Below, one piece after another: positions 8,720-19,015 of a stretch of 64,000 bases of DNA. The stretch lies in assembly GCA_964016885.1 (NCBI GenBank), contig OZ024740.1, positions 306,652,001 through 306,716,000 of the forward strand, given 5' to 3'. The first letter of the stretch is position 1; every line of letters starts with the position of its first letter. A model generated the notes under the pieces. That model ran no database searches. It was not told the origin of the DNA and saw nothing but the letters and a program-made list of their open reading frames with translations. A program made the translations under genes and the position numbers. Source of the stretch: Eledone cirrhosa (taxonomy: Eukaryota).

Positions 8720-11239
8720 ATGGATTTCTTAAACTTCCCCACTTCCCTCAAAGATATACCCATACCTTCAAATGAAGAATACATGAGGAAAACTATCGAA
8801 CAGACAAACTCTTTTATTAGAAGATTGAGATGGAGAGCTTTTCATTTCGAAAATAAAGATGCTGAAAGGAAAACCAACAACAATCATTTTGAATCTTTAT
8901 TTAAATCAAGAAAGAATCCTCCATACAACAAACTTCTGGAGGTTTTTGAAACAGAAATGTTCGGTATAATAAAAAAAAAAATTTTAGGAAAAACCCATAT
9001 ATAGGTCACCAATACCTTAGAACTCTAAAAGAAAAAATCACGGAAATAAAAAATGTTAACAAAGTATTGGTTAAATCTGACAAAACTAATAATTTATATG
9101 GGATAAACAAAGACGAATATAACAATTTTATTTTAAAAGAACTTAGGAAAAATTACAAAAAAGCCTCGGCTGATGATCTTACTGAAATTAACGAAGAAGC
9201 CTACAAATTAATTACCAATTTAGAAATAGAAGGAAGAACCGAGCCATTTTTACCTAGACAGCCCTGGATTAACTTGAAGGATCACAAAAGAAACTTTGAG
9301 GAAGAGATGTCAGTTAGACTGATTGTGCCATCGAAATCGGATATTGGAGTAATCAGTAAAAACATCATAGATAGAATATTACCCACCCTTAAATTGAGAT
9401 CTAATTTGAGTTTATGGAAAGATACAAACGAAGTCATAGAATGGTACACGAATATAGAAGATAAGAAAAACATAAATTCATCCAGATGGACATTACTAGC
9501 TACTATTCTTCCATAACACCTAACCTTCTAAATAAGGCTCTTTCATATGCTTATAAGCATATTGATATAACCACGAATGAAATAGACATAATACTAACAG
9601 CTAGAAGAACTCTTATTAACTTCAACAACGAATATTGGACCCGCTCAGATAGAGATAGACATTTTGATATCACTATGGGGGCATCTGATTCCGCGCAAAT
9701 CACAGATCTTCTGGGAATTTTCATATTAAATATGATAAATAGAAAACTGCCGGAGATTACCGGTGGTTTATATAGGGACGACATTTTATTTACCGTGGTC
9801 AAACACAACAATATAGAACTAAATAGAGTAATGAAAAGTATAATAGAATTCTTTAAAAAGTACGACCTTAAGTTAGAAGTAGAAAATGGTACCAAAATAG
9901 TTAATTTCCTAGACGTTACCTTTAACTTAAACACTGGCTTCTATTACCCTTTTCATAAGCCCAATGAAAACTTAAACTATGTTAGTAACCATTCCAATCA
10001 CCCTAAATCTGTAAAAAAAAAAGCTATAGTAAATAGTGTGCAAAAACGAATTAATAAAATATCAGCCAATAAAGCTATATTCGACGAAAACGCTGAATAC
10101 TACAACAACGCGTTAAAAAGAGCAGGATATATGAATAATTGTTTCTACTTTAGGCACAAGGCCAGCAATTACCCAGTTCATTACTGGTACTTTATTTTAT
10201 CGACCCCGTAAGGATGAAAGGCAAAGTCAACCTCGGCGGGATTTGAACTCAGATCGTAAAGGGACGTAACTATGCTGGAAAGCATGGCGCCCGACCCTCT
10301 ACCGATACTGCCAATCCACCGCCATATATGAATAATATATATAGAATATGTAGATAATATGTAGATAATAATAATCCAAGTATTAATCTTAATAAAAATA
10401 ATAACATATATAAGAAAAACTCTAATAATTATAATTCAAACACCCATACGCCAAATAAATCTAGGATAAGAACTAGAACTAAATCAGTCATATGGTTCGC
10501 CCCCCCCCCCCCCGCTTCGATCGCAGTCAAAACACCAATTGCAAAATTATTCTTTAACGCTTTGGACACTTCTTTCCCTACTCAACATAAATACCATTCC
10601 ATTTTTAATAGACATACCATTAAATTCTCATATTCTACAACGATGAACATGGCCCAAAACATTGCCAAATTAAACACTAAAATCCTAAAACAAAATCACC
10701 ATAATGATCTTAATAATAGAGTTAACATAAATGATACTAAACCAAAATGTAATTGTAGAAATAAATCTGATTGCCCTTTGCAAAATAATTGTCTAGATAG
10801 TAACTTGGTTTATAAATGCACCGTAAAAACTGATCACAACACATACAACTACATAGGATCGACGACTTCTACATTTAAAGCCAGATTTGCGAACCATAAA
10901 TGCTCCTTCTCGAACTCCAAGAGGAAATCATCCACGTCTTTATCACAGCTCATATGGTCATTAAAAGAGAGGAATTTAAAATACTCCATTCTTTGGACTA
11001 AACTTCGGAACTGTGGAGTTTACCGCAACTCCAGTATATCAAATAACTGCGCACTCTGTACAATGGAGACCCTGTTGATTATTAATAACTATGAGACCCT
11101 AATTAACAAAAAAAGTGAATTATTCTCTAGTTGCCTCCACAAAGCTACGTCCACATTCTTAGCCTCCCACAAAACGAGAAAAAAAAGAGAGAGAAACACT
11201 AAACCATTAAAAACTTGGTTGTCAGACGTATATAATTAA
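8720..11239 (+). pseudogene. PLE polyprotein (reverse transcriptase + Cys-rich linker + GIY-YIG endonuclease), ~770 aa when restored
   Basis: N-term SLKDIPIPS..FIRRLRWRAF; SDKTNNLY; RT motifs FIQMDITSYYSSIT, TMGASDS, GLYRDD, VNFLDVTFNL, SNHPK; VIWFAPP..KT..FP..HK..IFNRHT.KFSYS; CNCR...CPL..C; LVY...YIGST...FKARFANH; CALC..E...LINKKSE...C.H. Frameshifts at A-runs ~8971-8981 and ~9466-9470, a SINE insertion, and a stop at 10355-10357. Confidence 0.93.
10140..10323 (-). mobile_element. Full-length tRNA-derived SINE (family A) inserted in the PLE ORF, 13-bp TSD
   Basis: - strand: GGCGGTGGATTGGCAGTATCGG (A box) ... GAGTTCAAATCC (B box) ... GCCTTTCATCCTTACGGGGTCGATAAAATAAAGTACCAG ... TAGAAACA. TSD ATATATGAATAAT at 10127-10139 and 10324-10336. 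Confidence 0.95.
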
Positions 11240-11514
11240 CAGGGGAAAACATTAATGGCCTTTAATATTGCATTATCTTATAATCTATCTATAGAAGAAA
11301 TAACGCTTGAATGAAAAACACTTGTTCAATAACATACCGGAACATTGATATACATAACATAATATTATAATTATTAATTTTGATCCATACCATTATTTCT
11401 TTATTTCTCTATCTTTATCTTCCTATCTAAGGTTTAAATTTTAGTTTAATATCCAACCCATACATTTTTATGGAACTTATTTCTAACTGTGAATTATCCA
11501 TGTGTTTTTTATTA

Positions 11515-12117
11515 TTATTTATTTCGAACTATGAATAATTAATGCATTTACACCCTGTTATATTGGTATATATTTAACTTTGGATGCCTCAATCTATTAT
11601 ATTTTTTTCGTTATCATTTACCTAAAATATACTGGCTCATTAATAAATATCTATATACATAATCGTTAATTAAATATTTCTAACAATAAGTACTTCATAA
11701 GATTTACATACCATATGTTGACAATTGATTCTTCGGTAAAGTTTATATTTAGGAAAATATTCAACAGTGTAAACTTTCCTTGCTTTGCTTATATATATAT
11801 TTAACTATAACACGTTTCGAACCTTATTATATAAAATTATAACTGTTATCATTTACCTAAAGTATACTGTATCAATAATACATAATTTATATCAATAATA
11901 CCTAATTTATATCCATATAAACCTCCATATATCATTCTATACATAATTTTTAGTTAAATTTATTGATTATTTATTTTGAACTATGAATAATCAATGCATT
12001 TACACCCTTTTATATATACGTATATATTTAACTTTAGCATGCCTAAATCTATTATCTTATTTTTATTTTTATTTTCGTTATCATTTACCTAAAATATACA
12101 GGCTCATTAATATATAA

Positions 12118-12150
<33 letters not shown>

Positions 12151-12270
12151 ATAGTTATTTAAATATTTCTAACAAATACTTCATAAGATTTACATACTAT
12201 ATATGTTGACAATGAATATCTCCGGTAAAACTTACATTAAAAAAAATATTCGACAGTGTAAACTTTATTC
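11515..12270 (+). repeat. Diverged tandem duplication in the PLE 3' UTR (~460-bp period)
   Basis: GAACTATGAATAA...CGTTATCATTTACCTAAAATATAC...CAGTGTAAACTTT at ~11525-11777 and ~11978-12266; a third short copy at ~11846. Confidence 0.8.
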
Positions 12271-12832
12271 TCCGCTGGCCAGCTAAATCCTTTAAAAGTT
12301 ATCATCATAAAATTCTGAAGTTTAGAAATGTTAAAACACTTATTGAATTTACAAAACTAATAAATAACCTGCAATTTAAAAATTAAAAAAACCCTAAAAT
12401 CTTGACTCTTCACCCTAAAATAGCATAAATTAAATATTTTCAAACTTAACCGCTTAACTTTCGGAAACTCTCCTTCTACATATATTCCCTCTCTCCATAT
12501 ATATTACCTCAGCGGCTCTCATTGACCGCTTTCCCTGATAAATTGTAGTATCATACATTTAAAATCTCTATAACTGTTACATTAAGCAACGTTTTTCTTA
12601 CTCACACATTCTCTATTGAATTTATTTCGTTTTCGCATTTTCTCATTATTAGGGTATAAATGTTAAACTTTCTCTTAGGTTAATCACTACCTTGATTAAA
12701 TCTTAACCATTTAACATCTCAGGGTATGTCATATATCATTATATTTTGTCTGATGAGGACGTACTGTTGTACATCCGAAATATGTATAATAAAATGTAAT
12801 TGATAAAAAGAACATCTATTTTATTAATATTT
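12063..12832 (+). repeat. 3' pseudo-LTR of the PLE
   Basis: Direct repeat of 7767-8550; ends ~44 nt after the hammerhead cleavage site, followed by (TACA)n. Confidence 0.93.
12738..12800 (+). ncRNA. Hammerhead ribozyme in the 3' pLTR
   Basis: Identical to 8456-8518 (CTGATGA 12750-12756, GAAA 12777-12780, cleavage after 12788). Confidence 0.9.
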
Positions 12833-12917
12833 TAATACATACATACATACATACATACATACATACATACACACACACACATACATATATATCTGTGTGT
12901 GGGTTTATACATATATG

Positions 12918-13205
12918 AAGGCCAGTGATTTAGTAGTTAGAACGTTGAGCTCACAATTATAAGGTTGTGAGTTCGAATCCCGAGCGTTCTTGAGCAAAAC
13001 ACCTTATTTCACGTTGTTCCAGTTTACTCAACTTTAAAAATGAGTTGTGATGTCACTGGTGCCAAGCTATAACACCCATTGACCTTTCGCTTGGACAACA
13101 TCTGTGGTGTGGAGAGGGGAGTCTGTTGTGCATGGGCGACCGCTGGTCTTCCACAAACAGACCTTGCCCTAGGTGCAAAATCATGGACATTCGTGTCCGA
13201 AGGGG
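12918..13205 (+). mobile_element. tRNA-derived SINE (family B head, different tail)
   Basis: GTGATTTAGTAGTTAG A-box-like, GAGTTCGAATCC B box, TTCTTGAGCAAAACACCTTATTTCACGTTG domain as at ~3400. Confidence 0.75.
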
Positions 13206-13394
13206 GCCTGCGACGATATATATATATGTTTTATTTGTGTGAATATTAAGTTGACTTTCTAAAACACATTTATGGTTGATTCAGACAGGGCACACTTCGC
13301 ACATTTCTTTAATGGTGTTCGCAAAAGTAGTTCAACATCATCATGTCTTCTTCTCTAGCTCATTATATTAAGTATTAGTTCATGTTGTATATGC

Positions 13395-13449
<55 letters not shown>

Positions 13450-13685
13450 AAAAAATGGGGAGAAGAATACTGCAGGTTGCACATGGATAACATGTTATAA
13501 AATGAGTCCCTCATCAGTGATTTGCCAACGATCATAGATATTTCATTGCATTAAAAATCATATACCTCACGTTGGTGCAATAATAACTAAATTAAGTTAT
13601 TAGGACAATTAAAACGCGTAAAGCGAGTGAGACAAGTAAACAACAAAGAGGAAAGCTAATATATATATATATATATATATATATA

Positions 13686-14175
13686 CTACCAGTGGTACCC
13701 GGCGTTGCACGGGATAAGGTATTTTGGAACGCTGGCCGCCAACAGACCTAATCGTGGAAAAACTGCATGCTTGGACAATATGTAAAGAAAATAAACCGAA
13801 TACTCTGATGGCTGGATAATCTAAGATTTTCCTCGATGAAGCAGGAAAAAGGCAGGTTTTAACCTAATACGAACACTAGGGGATCAAGAAAAGGAATTTT
13901 TTTTTATGTACATAATATGCCTTGAAATTTCAGGAAAAATCGGCTAGACGTAACGCCTCAAAAAAGTCCTAAATAGCTGAAAAAAATGAAGTTTTTCACC
14001 TAATGCGTGGGTGTGTGTGTGTGTGAGAGAGAGAGAGAGTGTGTGTGTGTATGTGTGTGTGAGTGTGTGTGCGTGTGTGAGTGTGTGTGTGTGTGTGTGT
14101 GTGAGTGTGTGTGTGTGTACAAGGTTCAAAAGACAAAAATCCAAAGAGGACTCGATAAAAGTTATATTTATATAT
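13686..14175 (+). mobile_element. Possible non-autonomous Helitron/Helentron-type element
   Basis: Begins in (TA)n with TACTA...TACCCGGCGTTGCACGGG subterminal hairpin; internal GT microsatellite; ends in TATA-rich sequence. Family assignment is from motif recall only. Confidence 0.35.
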
Positions 14176-14311
14176 CTTCTTCTTTTCCTTCTTCTTCTTC
14201 TTCTTCTTCTTCTTCTTCTTCTTCTTCTTCTTCTTCTTCTTCTTCTTCTTCTTCTTCTTCTTCTTCTTCTTCTTCTTCTTCTTCTTCTTCTTCTTCTTCT
14301 TCTTCTTCTTT
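14175..14311. repeat. (TTC)n microsatellite
   Basis: Direct observation. Confidence 0.97.
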
Positions 14312-14459
14312 GTCAAACTTATTCCTGGAATGAGGGAAATGGAGAGTGAGATAAATAATTGTTATTGTCTCTGATCTCTTCAATTCTGTACTGGATGTGA
14401 GTATTAAGGGATGGGTTGGGCTGTAAACCGTCCACCATCTAGTTATCTGCCATATCTGG

Positions 14460-15527
14460 GTTGTGATTTGAGGAGATTTAGTTACCAATTCTACCATGTG
14501 GTGTGATCATGTAGAAGTGTCGTCATGGAGTGTGATTTGAGGAGATTTAGTTACCATTTATAGCATGTCATGTGACCATGTAGAAGTGTCGTCATGGAGT
14601 GTGATTTGAGGAGATTTAGTTACCATTTATAGCATGTCATGTGACCATGTAGAAGTGTCGTCATGTGGTGTGATTTGAGGAGATTTAATTGCCATTTATA
14701 GCATGTCATGTGACCATGTAGAAGTGTCGTCATGTGGTGTGATTTGAGGAGATTTAGTTGCTATTTCTACCATGTCCTGTGACCATGTAGAAGTATCGTC
14801 ATGGAGTGTGATTTGAGGAGATTTAGTTGCTATTTCTGTCATGTGGTGTGACCATGTAGAAGTGTCGTCATGGAGTGTGATTTGAGGAGATTTAGTTACC
14901 ATTTCTGTCATGTGGTGTGACCATGTAGAAGTGTCGTCATGGAGTGTGATTTGAGGAGATTTAGTTACCATTTCTGTCATGTGGTGTGACCATGTAGAAG
15001 TATCGTCATGGAGTGTGATTTGAGGAGATTTAGTTGCTATTTCTGTCATGTGGTGTGACCATGTAGAAGTGTCGTCATGGAGTCTGATTTGAGGAGATTT
15101 AGTTACCATTTCTGTCATGTGGTGTGACCATGTAGAAGTATCGTCATGGAGTGTGATTTGAGGAGATTTAGTTGCTATTTCTGTCATGTGGTGTGACTAT
15201 GTAGAAGTATCGTCATGGAGTGTGATTTGAGGAGATTTAGTTGCTATTTCTGTCATGTGGTGTGACCATGTAGAAGTATCGTCATGGAGTCTGATTTGAG
15301 GAGATTTAGTTACCATTTCTGTCATGTGGTGTGACCATGTAGAAGTATCGTCATGGAGTGTGATTTGAGGAGATTTAGTTGCTATTTCTGTCATGTGGTG
15401 TGACCATGTAGAAGTATCGTCATGGAGTCTGATTTGAGGAGATTTAGTTACCATTTCTGTCATGTGGTGTGACCATGTAGAAGTATCGTCATGGAGTCTG
15501 ATTTGAGGAGATTTAGTTGCTATTTCT
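14460..15527 (+). repeat. 69-bp minisatellite, ~15 copies (left arm of a foldback structure)
   Basis: Unit TGACCATGTAGAAGTGTCGTCATGGAGTGTGATTTGAGGAGATTTAGTTACCATTTCTGTCATGTGGTG. Confidence 0.95.
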
Positions 15528-16166
15528 CTCTATATAATTTGGATGTTTAATCAGGGCATTCACCTATTATATAATGATGTAAACTGGAGCGACACCTCAC
15601 ACATACACACACCCTTACACTCACACACTCACACACATACACACACCCTTACACTCACACACTCACACACATACACACACCCTTATACTCACACACCTCA
15701 CACATACACACATCGTTACATTCACACATCGCAAACATACACACACCCTCACACTCACACACTTCACACATACACACACCCTTACACTCACACAGTCGCA
15801 CAAATACACACACCCTTACACTCACACAGTCACACACCCTTACACTCACACACACACACACAAATATCGCTCCAGTTTACATCATTATATAATAGGTGAA
15901 TGCCCTGAAAAAATGTTCACATTATTAAACAAACAAATTATATATATAGAAATAGCAGCTAAAACTCCTCAAATCACACCACATGACGATACTTCTACAT
16001 GGTCACATGACATGCTAGAAATAACAACTAAATCTCCTCAAATCACACCACATGACGATACTTCTACATGGTCACATGGACATGCTAGAAATAACAACTA
16101 AATCTCAAATCACACCACATGACGACACTTCTACATGGTCACAGGACATGCTAGAAATGGCAACTA
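14460..16166. mobile_element. Foldback-like element with modular long inverted arms
   Basis: 69-bp array on the left; ~3 inverted copies at 15946-16166; perfect 42-bp inner IR (15551-15592 / 15867-15908); CA-rich spacer. Confidence 0.7.
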
Positions 16167-16261
16167 CTACTACTACTATTACTACTACTACTACTACTAC
16201 TACTAAACTCTAACTGAAATAATATTATTAGTAGTATGGCCTTGTGCGAAAAGTAGAAACA

Positions 16262-16336
16262 ATTATTAGTATGACTAATACTACAACAACCAAGCTCAAT
16301 TATTAGTATGACTAATACTACAACAACCAAGCTCAA
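16262..16336 (+). repeat. 37-bp tandem duplication after a SINE 3' tail
   Basis: ATTATTAGTATGACTAATACTACAACAACCAAGCTCA twice, preceded by TGGCCTTGTGCGAAAAGTAGAAAC. Confidence 0.8.
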
Positions 16337-16344
16337 AAAATCAT

Positions 16345-16562
16345 TAATTTAAGGCCCTTTAAAAAATCATGGAGCTCCTGTCTGCAACCCGTTCAGCTCT
16401 CACCCTTTTAATCCGCCATTGAGCAGTACTGTGCGATTAAGCTTGCATGACGCATCTACCGGGTTGAAAATTTGATTATTTATAGAAAAATTTGGGCCCT
16501 ATAAAAAATGGGGAACTCTTGTCAGCAACCCTGGCATTCCAGTCCCTTTATCCGCCATTGAT
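16345..16562 (+). mobile_element. Two diverged copies of a MITE-like right end (…ATCCGCCATTG)
   Basis: GGCCCT.TAAAAAAT...GCAACCC...CCCTTT.ATCCGCCATTG at 16352-16421 and 16495-16560. Confidence 0.5.
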
Positions 16563-16772
16563 TAATACTATTTGATGTTTGAGGGTGCTTACTAGACAAA
16601 TATCTCAATGAGAAGATTCAACAACATCAACATCAACATCAACTTGAAAACTATCTATTCTCGAAGGTTTTTAATTTTCAAGATTGTATTTATCATTTCT
16701 ATTTTATTTTAATCTTTCATGCAGCTGAGTTCGCAGCTGAACAGAAAATCCCACTTTAAAAATATTGAGCCT

Positions 16773-16776
<4 letters not shown>

Positions 16777-16851
<75 letters not shown>

Positions 16852-16870
16852 TCACTCTCTCTCTCTCTCC
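16777..16870. repeat. (CT)n microsatellite
   Basis: Direct observation. Confidence 0.95.
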
Positions 16871-16984
16871 ATCGTAATCAGATTTCTTTTGTTTTTCGCC
16901 TTTATAAAGTTTGAGATCACTTTATTCAATTCCCCCTTTTATTTTACAATCGGCAACGTCCTGTCAATATACTTGAGTAGTAGT

Positions 16985-17192
16985 CATCATCATCACTCGT
17001 CGACTACTGTCGAGATGATGGATCTCACTCTCATGCCCCAGAATTCCCTGTATCCCCATCGCCGCCCCCAGGTCCTGTCTACTGATTCCCGTATCCCTAG
17101 AGATAACGTCAGGGAATGACAGCTTCCTACTCCTAGTCAGGCTGGAGTCAGGGTTCCAGAGCAAGAGAGCGGATATGATTTCATTGCTGGCA
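16985..17192 (-). mobile_element. 3' end of an RTE-like LINE with (TGA)n tail
   Basis: - strand NEIISALLLWNP...RSRKLSFPDVISRDTGISRQDLGAAM resembles RTE ORF C-termini (LLW.P...R..D.I.RDTG...L..AM), followed by GATGATGATGA. Confidence 0.6.
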
Positions 17193-17193
17193 C

Positions 17194-17240
<47 letters not shown>

Positions 17241-17534
17241 TGCCGTTGTTGTTGTTTTTGCTGTTGTTGGTGTTGTTGTTTGTTGTTTAGCGCAATGTCA
17301 GCAATAAAATCAACAGGCCTGGATGAGGAAAGGATTTTTGAGACGTTGGTATAACTGTTAAGAGTATTAAGAATAGACAGCATCAGTTTCGTCAATGAAG
17401 TCCTCGTGTGTATCATTAACATATAAAGAAAGTCCCTTTTCAAAATGTCACCATTTCACACCAGGACAATATTTCTAGATTGGATTGTCTGGGGAAAATT
17501 GCTCTCTTGGCGTTCAATTTTTTTTATTGTGTCG

Positions 17535-17895
17535 ATAGAGCGTCGGGCAACATGCTTCGTGGCATAGAGTTACGTCCCTTTGCGTTTTAAGTTCAAATTA
17601 CGCCGAGGTTAGCTTTACCTTTCATCATTACGGGGTCGATAAAATAAAGCACTAGTAATGCACTGGGGTCGATTTAATCGACTTTCCCCTTCCCCCAAAT
17701 TGCTGGCCTTGTGCCTATATACGAAACCATTATTATGGACATGATTAAGCGGCGATTTCGTAGAGTCGTTAGAACGTTGGATAGAATCCCTTGCAGTATT
17801 CGGTCCGGCTCTCTGCGTTCTCAGTTCACTTTCCACTGGGGACAAATTTACCTTTCATTCTTTCGAGTTCCATAAAAAAAAAAACGAGTACTAGT
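17535..17895 (+). mobile_element. SINE family A variant plus a second degenerate SINE
   Basis: GTTCAAAT B box, CCTTTCATCATTACGGGGTCGATAAAATAAAG, GGCCTTGTGCC tail; a second head begins at ~17749. Confidence 0.75.
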
Positions 17896-17983
17896 CCGAT
17901 AGCGTGCTCGATTCTCCCTCTCGACCTCTTTCCCACTTCCTCTCTATCACCCACACACACTCTCTCTCTCTCTACCACTGACA

Positions 17984-18097
<114 letters not shown>

Positions 18098-18486
18098 AAG
18101 AAATCGGCTGTGTTCAGACCTAAAGAGGGGATGTGCTCCGCCAGTGTTTAAATACCCCAGACACGCTGTATATCATGGCCTTATGCCTATGCGAGAACCA
18201 ATTAATATGAATATGGTTCTTGACTTCTAGCCCCACCAACTTATTATCTCTATCTCAAGATCTTCATATTTTGTTAATTAGTTACCTGTTCAGTTTCTTT
18301 AAACAAAATGTATCCGTCCATTAAACATGTTATATCAATATGTCATATTTTTATATTTCTGAAGGCAGCATGATCAAATGATTAAGAAATTTGTTTCGCA
18401 ATCATTAGTTCCCGGGTTCAATCCCACAGTAACAGCGAGCGAGTTTGAAAATAGAAATAGAAGCTTTCGCCGTATTTTTGATGAAA

Positions 18487-18738
18487 GAAATGTTAGCCTG
18501 ATAGTGGGGTTTAGAATCCTCTAAGAAATGGGAAAAAAGATGAGTAATGACGTACTTGGGAGTCGAATCCATATCTTTAGTTATCCAGACCACTGTGCTA
18601 CCATTACACGAACACATCACCCATACTATGGGTGATGTGTTGGTGTAATGGTAGTATAGTGGTCTCCCATGTACATCAATACTCATCATTTTCCATTTCT
18701 TAGAGGGTTCTAAATTCCTACTAACAGGCTAAAATTTC
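18487..18738. mobile_element. Palindromic MITE-like element
   Basis: Outer arms GAAATGTTAGCCTG...CTCTAAGAAATGG / CCATTTCTTAGAG...CAGGCTAAAATTTC; inner 38-bp arms 18588-18625 / 18627-18664 with 3 mismatches. Confidence 0.8.
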
Positions 18739-19015
18739 TAATCAGAAATATTTTTGAGCGGCAGAAATAAGGGAAAAGAGTTCCAAATTGGGCTTGTGTC
18801 CGAAGAAAGTCAAAAGTAGCTGTCGTTCTATTCTCTCTACTGCCCACTCTGTTTCTGCATTGGTCTCAAGGTTCCAATGATAGCCACAATGGAAAAATAT
18901 AAACTAGACACGGTCAGAGAGTGACACCGTTCCATTAGACGTGCTTCTTGTGATGTCTATGACAGCTCAATGCCGTTGTTGATACTCTTTACTATTGTTT
19001 ATTCCATTGCTTAAT

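Larger units (their letters stand above)
7767..12832 (+). mobile_element. Penelope-like retroelement (Naiad-type), full structure pLTR-ORF-pLTR, inactivated
   Basis: Direct ~780-bp terminal repeats, each with a hammerhead; RT + GIY-YIG ORF; microsatellite flanks ((TA)n 5', (TACA)n 3'). Confidence 0.92.

Noticed and set aside
9282-9934. Antisense ORFs within the PLE
   Set aside because: Shadow ORFs of the AT-rich RT coding strand, with no recognisable motifs
10140-10323. tRNA genes suggested by A/B boxes in SINE heads
   Set aside because: No cloverleaf. The boxes are part of multicopy SINEs with TSDs.
11240-11360. SECIS element / selenocysteine recoding as reported for some Naiad PLEs
   Set aside because: No in-frame TGA in the reconstructed ORF. 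The ATGA...AA...GA candidate near 11311-11349 has only ~5 paired bases.
13511-13544. Minus-strand GAAA...CTGATGA hammerhead-like arrangement
   Set aside because: Only a 4-bp stem I; no stem II or stem III pairing
14460-15527. CRISPR-like regular array / 23-aa repeat ORFs
   Set aside because: Units are contiguous with no unique spacers and there are no cas genes; a eukaryotic minisatellite
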